Shown here: positions 54,715 through 64,000 of the stretch, one piece after another
Layout: the number at the start of each line of letters is the position of its first letter
Position numbering within the stretch: the first letter of the stretch is position 1
Assembly (NCBI GenBank): GCA_964016885.1
Contig: OZ024749.1
Coordinates: 38,316,001 to 38,380,000, forward strand
Reading direction: 5' to 3'
Length of the DNA: 64,000 nt
Source: Eledone cirrhosa
Lineage: Eukaryota
The notes under the pieces: model-generated
What the model saw: only the letters and a program-made list of their open reading frames with translations
Databases searched by the model: none
Told to the model about the DNA's origin: nothing
Position numbers and translations under genes: made by a program

Positions 54715-55456
54715 CTAACTGCTTGAGGTGTTCAACTCCAGTTCGTACGATCGTAAGTTAAATGTCCAGCGGCGTGCTGTGTTCTTGAGCAAGACACTCT
54801 ATTTCACGTTGCTACATTCCACTCAAAATAAAAGAGCTGAACCTATAATTTAAAAGGCCAGCTTTGTCACACGTGTCTCGCTAATCTCTCACTGTACACG
54901 TGTCTGTGGAATGTTCAGCCACATCATAGATGGATTCTACTAGTAATTCAAAGGGCTAACATTGTTCCACACTGTGTAACATTGCATCTCTCTGAGAAGT
55001 ATATTAAAAGTGAACTTATTCGTATATACTCATCCAATCGTCTGTTAATTATATGTACACGCTATCACGTTGTTCAAAGAAGTGGAACACACGTCGTTGC
55101 AACCGACGGAGTTCCAACTCACATAAGCATGTGTGCACAAGTGTAACCAGAGACCGACATAACGTCTCTCCAATACACATTGCTTTCTATTCAGCTGTTC
55201 AGTCATGCGCAGTCATGCATCTAGAGACTTGGCTATATTTGCTCACAACGGATCTGTTTCAAATTTATAACCACTCTATAACTCTATAACTCTATAACTA
55301 TGTATATATAAATATATATATATATATAGTTATCGAATTATATTGTCTCTGTGTGTGTGGGGGGGGGGGGGGGGTGATATATATGTATGCATATACAAAT
55401 ATACATACATACATATATGCATCCATGTAAGTATATATGTGCGTATATATGTATGC

Positions 55457-55507
<51 letters not shown>

Positions 55508-55555
55508 TATGTATAAATGCATATATATACATATATATATATATATCATATATAT

Positions 55556-55610
<55 letters not shown>

Positions 55611-56209
55611 CATAAATATATATATATATGTGTGAGTATGTCGGTGTATATTTTTTTTTTAAATAAATATATATAAATATATACATATATCAAATAACAT
55701 AGCTCAAAGGAAAATTTAAAACAGACTATATTATTTCCTATCGAATAATCTATACTGGAAATAAACCTAAAGCTAAAATATTAGATGAAAAATTATTGTT
55801 TTATTGAACTGTGCAACGACTTCGACGTGAATGAAAATATTTTCCAAACAGAAATTATTTGAAAATGTCTTCGATTCGAAAAATAAAAAAATTAAAAAGT
55901 AAAAAAATAAAAAAAATGATAAACTGAAATTTTTTGTTAGAAATTGCTTTGGGAAGTTATCCTGGCTAGTTATGCAGCATTTAGTGCAAGTTGCGCATAT
56001 GTATAGATCAGAAACAACTGATCGATATCATAATATTTACTAAGCGTTTTTTAATATTATGTTTATCAGTTGAGTAGTTTTACTCGGTAATTTAGCTTGA
56101 GGGACTGTGTCTTATTTAACCCTTTAATTATTTCTCATGAAAGATAACCATTTTAACCGATACCTTGAGTACCTAATTTCTAGGGATTTTGTAATATAAT
56201 CCGTTATAA

Positions 56210-57350
56210 TAGTGGTTCCTTATATAGGCACATGGCAGGAATTTTGGTGGGGGGAGGGGAACGTCGATTAAATCGACCCCAGTGTGTGACTAGTACTTTA
56301 TTTTATCGACCCCGTAAGGATGAAAAGCAAAGTTAACCTCGGCGGGATTTGAACTCAGATAAAAAAGGGTCGTAGCTCTATGCTGAAAAGCATGACATAC
56401 AGTAGAGTCAGAATAACACCTACATTTCTGCTCTGGGCCCCACCGTTAAGTCGAGTTAGAAGACCTTTCATATCTGCTAGGCCATCATACATTATATATG
56501 TCTCTATAATATATTATTTTCTAATTTAGGCAGAAGGCCAACAGTTTAGACTCTAAACTTTAAAGGATTGAATACGTTGATAATATCAACCCCAGTACTT
56601 GATAGGTACTTCATTTTATCGGCCCCAGAATGGTGAAAGACAGAGTAGAATTTGAACATAAAGAGCTGGAAAATATATTTCAAAGAATTTCCCCTCTATG
56701 CTTTACCATTTCTGGTGACAAAGATGCCACCCTTATACTTTTCTATTATAATGGGTTCTAAGTTAGTTACAATGCCAGCAATTTTGGTGGGAGAAAGCGA
56801 AAGTCAACTAGATTAACCCCAGTAACTGATTAATACTTATTAATCGACTTGTAAGGATGAAAGTCAAAGTTGGTTTCGTTTGTATTTGAACTAAGAACGT
56901 ACGGACTCGAATCAAATACTACTAAGCATTTGCACGGTGTTCTAATGATTATATCGAACACAATACTGGACCTGTACTTTGATTTGTAGAACTCGGAAGG
57001 ATGAAAGACAAAGTTGACTTCGGTGGGATTTGAACTCTAAACTTAAAGAGCCGGAAGAAGTACTTCAAAGCATTCTCTCCAGCGCTTTAACGACTAGGCT
57101 AATCTAATAACCCCATCGGCACGACCAGAACATCTTCACCAATAATGATGGCTTCTTATATAGGCACAAGGCAAGCAATTTGGGGGGACGGTAAAGTCGA
57201 TTACATCGACCCCAGTGCGTGACTGGTACTTTATTTTATTGACTGTGTAAGGATGAAAAGCAAAGTCAACCACCGCAGGATTTGAACTCAGATCATAAAG
57301 GGCCGGAAGAAGTACTTCAAAGCATTCTCTCTGGCACTTTAATGACTAGG
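56210..57350 (-). mobile_element. Cluster of about five older minus-strand SINE copies
   Basis: Repeated GGATGAAA(G/A)..AAAGT..AC.TCGG.GGGATTTGAACTC. Confidence 0.75.
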
Positions 57351-57399
57351 CTAATCTAATACCCATCAGCACCACCAGAACATATTCACCAATAATAAT

Positions 57400-57427
57400 G
57401 ATTTCATTTATTGGCCACAAGGGCCGA
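57400..57427 (-). mobile_element. 28-bp 3'-end insertion of the Tx1-like family with an 18-bp TSD
   Basis: ATATTCACCAATAATAAT at 57382-57399 and 57428-57445. Insert reads CCCTTGTGGCCAATAAATGAAATC on minus, like the LINE 3' end at 47458-47480. Confidence 0.75.
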
Positions 57428-57988
57428 ATATTCACCAATAATAATAGCAACAGTTCGGTTTAAATCAAAGATTGTTCATTGATTGATCAAATTCAATTGG
57501 AACGTTTGGGGAAAATAACAAAAGAGATATTTTTAGAACACTGGAAATATTTTGAAGATATCGAAGTAGAAAGAAGTAGAAGAAGCAGAACAAAACAAAT
57601 AATTGAATATTATTTTTAAAATAGAAATTATGATTCCGTAGTAAAGTTTATAGCAGTCAACTAAACAATTACTTAATATAATTTATCTAATGTATAACTT
57701 AGTTAATGTAACTTACTTAATATCGCTGTTTTATGACTCTAATATGGTGACGTCTAGAGAAGGAGAAATTAGATATAATAATATATATGTATTGATCTGG
57801 CAAGTCTGGAAATTACTGTGGAGGTCATAGAAGCAACCCACCTCCACAAACGTATTTACCCATAGAAAAACAAAAAAATGAGCATATTCATAAATCTATA
57901 ATGAAATTGTTAAATGAGATACCCTTTATATATTATATATGAGGTTGCATTATTGATATAGTGGACATATGCAATTACATACTACACA

Positions 57989-58082
<94 letters not shown>

Positions 58083-58185
58083 CACACACATACACAAATA
58101 TATATAATGTATTGTAGTGTCTACGCCATTTTTGTAGACACTACACTACAATAGATTGCAATACAATAGGAGGAAGCATGATAAT

Positions 58186-58235
58186 AGTACCACTGATGAT
58201 GTTGCAGATGTGCAACGAAAGAACTTTGTTAGACT
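58186..58235 (+). ncRNA. Hammerhead, diverged family B relative
   Basis: CA-CUGAUGA-U-GUUGCA-GAUG-UGCAAC-GAAAG-AA-CUU/UG. Downstream AACCAACC...ATGACCCTCCC.AAGTATAACAATAT matches family B. Confidence 0.7.
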
Positions 58236-58463
58236 ATATATATATATTTATATCTGTATTTTTGACCGTTGGTCAGTCAATGATAAACATTGATGGTCAA
58301 ATAAATTAACTATGGAGATATAAAAGATGCAGAAGCGAAAACCAACCAAACAGTGAGTGTGTTCTGTTATTATTTCTGGCAATACTATTACAACAATATG
58401 ACCCTCCCCAAGTATAACAATATTTGTTTCGACACACGATTTCATATCAAAAACCTCGCAAAG

Positions 58464-58540
<77 letters not shown>

Positions 58541-58712
58541 ATGTATATATATATATATATAATCCTTATCTGTTCTTATAATAAATATTTGCTCTACGGT
58601 TCTATATATATATGTATTTTATATATATATACATGTGTGTGTGTGTGTGTGTGTGTATTGGACTTAACATAACTGACTATTTTTGACTCCTTTGTTTTGT
58701 TTCTTTTATTAA

Positions 58713-58757
<45 letters not shown>

Positions 58758-59285
58758 AATTCGGTTTATACAAATGTATTTGAATATCTTGTTTAAAATC
58801 AGTATGTTTTATCCTTCCACAACATCGATATGTTTAAAACAATCACTCAACTGTAATTATTCATAGATTATCTAGAGAACTACAACTATTGTATAGAAAT
58901 ATTTACTATTCTGAAATATTCCCGATTATCTCATTATGATCAGTAATGTGTTGGCGTTGGTGCTTTTATTTAGGTGGTATTTTATTTTAGTCTGTATTTC
59001 TCTTACTCTCTCCCCATTTCTCTCGCCCTTCTCTTCTCTCATATTTTCTCTCCATCCTCACCTTTCCCTTCCATCTCTCTCATTATTCTCTCTAGAGAAG
59101 TTAGACATTTCTTTTCAGTTTATCTGAAAAGAAATTCTATATATATTTTGACGGCAAACCTTTAAGAAATCAATTTATAAACGATGGGAAATTTATTATT
59201 CCGAATATCATCATCAACATCATCATCATCATCATCATCATCAATATCAACATCATCATCATCATCGTTATCATCGTCGCCGTCG

Positions 59286-59325
<40 letters not shown>

Positions 59326-59449
59326 CGTCATCTTCAAAATCATCATTATTACTATTATTATTATTATTATTATTATTGACAAAATATTGTTTCTTCCGTA
59401 AATACAACAAAATATGATTGGATCTTTTGAAGTTAATAATCGATAATAG

Positions 59450-59880
59450 TGATTGATTCATTTATTGGCCACAATGGCAGACATATAGGGGACAATAAAA
59501 AAAAAACAGCGACAGTAGGGGTTTTAGAAAAAAATCGAGTAAAACAATATAAAAAAACAATAAAAAATAAGCAATATAATTATAACATTTCAAATTCTCC
59601 AATAGAACCACCCAATGGTGACTCGGGAGCCACACCAATCCTGAACCCCAGGAACCTCAAAAAGCACTTGATGAGGGCACCCTTCTCCTTTCCCCAATCA
59701 GCCAGCCTACAGATGCTTTCACAAAGGCTATCCTGGTAACATTCACCCATCTTTTAGCAAATGTACTGAGGTGGGGGCAGCACTTCTCTCTCCACCCTCA
59801 CCTTCCTTTCCAAGTGAAACTTGAAAAAGTTGATGATGGATCTCACGAAACGGATATGTAAGCACAGAACAACCATACCA
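59450..59880 (-). mobile_element. Tx1-like LINE 3' fragment
   Basis: Minus strand IINFFKFHLERKVRVEREVLP matches 47092-47150. 3' end TTGTGGCCAATAAATGAATC. Confidence 0.8.
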
Positions 59881-60107
59881 CACACACATACACACACAAA
59901 CACACAAACACACAAACACACACACACACACACACACAATTTGAAGAGGGAGAATAATACATAAATCCAAATTCCACCAACACATCCCTCGTGACTCTGT
60001 GACTATCTTTAAAAGCCCTTTCCAAAAAGGGTCACACTGAAATATCCCCTCTCGTCCCTAAACTACTTTATTCATTTCTCCACTTACCACTTACGTCGAT
60101 CAAATTA

Positions 60108-60175
60108 GGACACCTGATGAGATAGCGTTTGGAAATAATTCAGTCATCCATTCACCGTCGAAACGGTGTGTGTTC
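60108..60175 (+). ncRNA. Hammerhead-like motif with a degenerate cleavage site
   Basis: GGACAC-CUGAUGA-GAU...GUC-GAAAC-GGUGU-GUGUUC. Helix I GGACAC/GUGUUC is intact but there is no clean NUH. Confidence 0.5.
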
Positions 60176-60295
60176 AGCTGTCGGTACTAACTATTTAAAA
60201 TACATACACTCTACTTCTGCAAACATCGTGTAATTAGTTCAAGATGGTCTTACTAGTCAAAACTTGTAGCTCTCAATATATATATGTACACACGT

Positions 60296-60385
<90 letters not shown>

Positions 60386-60456
60386 ATATATATATATGTA
60401 TCTGTATATACATATCTGAACATGTATATATATTAGAATTGGTGCTCTGAAACAGC

Positions 60457-60797
<341 letters not shown>

Positions 60798-61015
60798 GAG
60801 TGTGTGTGTGTGTGCGCGTGTCTATGTAAACCATCGCTAGATCCATTTCACCGTTACTCTCTCGTTAATTAGAGAAATCACTCTGTTACTAACTTACACA
60901 TCTTTAATTAGTGTCTCTAGCTCCGCCATTCTCTCTCAACTTCTTTAATCTGGAGATTAGGTTTCCAGTCTTTGGAATAATAACGTTATATGTTCCTCTC
61001 ATTCGTTTAGTCAAT

Positions 61016-61325
61016 GAGACTTTATCATACATAAACACACACACGCTCTCACACACATACATGCTTGTACGCATAAGCGCACATGCTCACATACAACTAT
61101 CTATATTAAGAGACTTTATCACATACACAAACAAACACACGCTCTCACACACATACATGCTTGTACGCATAGGCGCACATGCTCACATACAACTATCTAT
61201 ATTAAGAGACTTTATCATACACAAACAAACACACGCTCTCACACACATACATGATTGTACGCATAAGCGCACATGCTCACATACAACTATCTATATTAAG
61301 AGACTTTATCACATACACAAACACA
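61016..61325. repeat. ~95-bp tandem repeat, 3+ copies
   Basis: GAGACTTTATCA recurs at ~61016, 61110, 61206, 61300. Confidence 0.88.
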
Positions 61326-61718
61326 CACACACACAACTATTTATCTTTCGAAACTTTATCACATACACACATATATACCTCCACAGATGATTATTTATCA
61401 TACGAGGATTTATCACACCACAATTTATCACGCAATTTCTATAGGGGAGAAAGAAACAATTTGCCATACAAATGTCTATATCTAAAGTATTTATCAAATG
61501 GTTTCTTGATCTATATATACACCCTGACTTTCGGCGATAAATGCATTCAATTGACTTATGTGTACCCTAAATATGATTCAAAAGAATGAGGGAAGAGTCA
61601 ACTAAATCAACCTTAGTAGAAACTGGTGTTAATTTTTCTGGCATGTTAAACCTCAGTTAAAAGAAAAAAACCACACTCGTCATAATCGTCTTCGTCACCA
61701 TTATTATTATTAAAACTA

Positions 61719-62308
61719 GGGCGGTGGATTGGCAGTATCGGCAGAGGGTCGGACGCCTTGCTTTGACGCATAGAGTTACGGCCCTTGCCATTCTGAGTTC
61801 AAATCCCGCCGAGTTTAGCTTTACCTTTCTTCCTTACGGAGTCGATATTATAAAGTAATTGCTAGCCTTATGGCTATAGTAGAAACAATTATTATTATTA
61901 GAGCATTGGCAGTATCGGTAGAGGGTCTGACGCCATGCTTTCCAGCATAGTTACGTCCCTTTATGATCTGAGTTGAAATCCCGCTGAGGTTGACTTTGCC
62001 TTTCATCCTTACGGGGTCGATAAAATAAAGTACCAGTAATGCACTGGGATAATTGCTGGCCTTGTGCCAAATGTAGAAACAATTATTAGACCAGTGGATT
62101 GACAGAATCGTTAGAGCGTCGGACATCGTGCTTTGCAGCATAGAGTTAGGGCCCTTTACGCTCTGAGTTGAAATCTTGCAGATGTTAGCTTTACCTTTCA
62201 TCCTTACGGGGTGGATAAAATAAAGTACCAGTAATGTACTGAGGTTGATTTATTCGACTTTCCCATTCCCCCAAATTGCTGGCTTTGTGCCTCAAGTAGA
62301 AACAATTA
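61719..62308 (+). mobile_element. Three head-to-tail tRNA-derived SINEs
   Basis: Three box A/B heads separated by short (ATT)n. Confidence 0.88.
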
Positions 62309-63734
62309 TTATTATCATCATCATCGTCACCATCATCATCCTCATCGACGTCACCATCATCATTATGATTATCATTTTTTAGATGTTTTAATCCGACAGT
62401 TCCGGAGTTCTGATTCATATGTCCTTACATATTATAATGTATGTGTGTGAATGTGTGAAAGAGAGTGTTCATGTGTGTGTGCGTATGTGGGCGTATGTGT
62501 GCGTGTGTGTTCGTGTGTGCGTATGTGTGTTTGAGTGTTTGGGTATTTGTGCTTGCATATGTTCGTAACCCCAGTGTAACTAATTCAAGAAACATCAGTT
62601 TGTAATAACATATGCAGACTTTACTTAATGTATTAAATACGTTTTCCACCATACACACACACATACTCAAATGCACATACACAGACACAGTGTGTACATA
62701 TGTTTATGTGCTGGTATTGGTGTGTATTTAGTTCAATAAACCCTATTTAACTTGATTTATTCAAATGAAAATATTTGCTATTAACCAAAGCTCCAAAAGC
62801 ATTTGCGATTCCTACGTCTTTCTCTCTCTTTTGTCCAACAACAGACGCCGTCCATTTTACTGCAATGCATATAGGATGTTTAGCTAGCTATTTACTGGTT
62901 AAGTTTAGGTTAAAGTAACAGAGTAACATTTCCTATTAACCACCGGAGCATATTATATACAAGCTAACAACTGCAAACTCTAGCAGGTACCTTTCTCGTG
63001 AAACATAACAGACACGTCTAATATTTGAACTGACAATTTAAGTATGTGTAAACTCTGACCAGTAACTGCAAAAGAATTACTGAACAAAGGCGATACAACG
63101 ATGGCGAAATAGGTGCGGAGAATACGGGTGGGGTATATATTTTAAAAAAGCAACAACTAAACTCTTTACACAAGAGGATAGAAAACTTTGCAAACAAGAG
63201 GATAGAAAATAGCGGACTTAACACCGAGATTTTCTTACGATTAACAAATGTTACGATAGTTCATGTTAAGTCATAAAACTGGAGAGGCATAAAGAGACGA
63301 AACGATGCTTTTCGACAATGCAAACATCATTAAAATCCCTTTCAATCAGTGTTTATGAAGATTTCGCTACAGTGAATGTTTCGTGTGTAGCTTTGTATGA
63401 AAATCGCTAACAAGATCAACTCCATAGAATACAATCAAAGACTTTGCTTCTATAGATTCTGGTTTGTTTGAATAGACACTAATAGAATACGATTTCCTAG
63501 TTTAGTGGTGTATCTAAAGTTAACGTTCGTTTCTATACTGTAACTCCCATCAAAATATACCAGCAGATACAACTTTACAAACAAGCAGACGATCGATAAA
63601 TTCAAATGTTTGCCGCCACCGTTGTCATGTTAAAATGGAGTCGAAGCTAATGGGAGGATTGTAAGCTGCGGTCTGATGCCTGTATCTAATATAAATATAT
63701 ACTACACCCGCACGCAGGCATTATATTTATATAT

Positions 63735-63768
<34 letters not shown>

Positions 63769-63912
63769 ATAGAATATGTAGAATATCTCAACCCCACAGT
63801 TGATTGCTGTAAATTGTAGCTTAAAATACACCTATAGACGGAAAAACGTGACCAGAAGCCTGGCCTCTTAAATTTCAGCTGAGTGCTCTGTATCAATGAG
63901 CGAAACGTTCCT

Positions 63913-63964
<52 letters not shown>

Positions 63965-64000
63965 TCATGTGTATGTATGTATAGGGACTGTCCTGTGTTT

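Overview
AT-rich, microsatellite-saturated eukaryotic DNA with no confidently identifiable host gene. The SINE/LINE content suggests an invertebrate, probably a cephalopod such as Octopus (inference). Almost all ORF-track entries are simple-repeat artefacts. The real coding remnants are all transposon-derived: a near full-length but broken L1/Tx1-like LINE (~42.6-47.5 kb) with derivatives, Penelope-like (GIY-YIG) fragments, RTE 3' ends, an R4/Dong-like relic, and many tRNA-derived SINEs. The main hidden signal is a set of short non-coding inserts between (TA)n tracts. They carry about 18 type-I hammerhead ribozyme (HHR) motifs (CUGANGA...GAAA...NUH, read by eye, roughly half intact) from at least five sequence families, including a recurrent CCGANGA core variant. 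Many inserts are fold-back palindromes of 90-550 bp that place a ribozyme on both strands, and several families share an ATTGAGTAC-like motif ~42-68 nt from their 3' (TA)n junction. One family is physically linked to a Penelope-like GIY-YIG ORF. The best reading is a (TA)n-targeting, ribozyme-bearing Penelope-like/retrozyme-like mobilome with a snap-back integration mode. HHRs and inverted pLTRs are known for Penelope-like elements. The specific families, core variants and shared 3' motif look uncharacterised, but I could not check this against any database.
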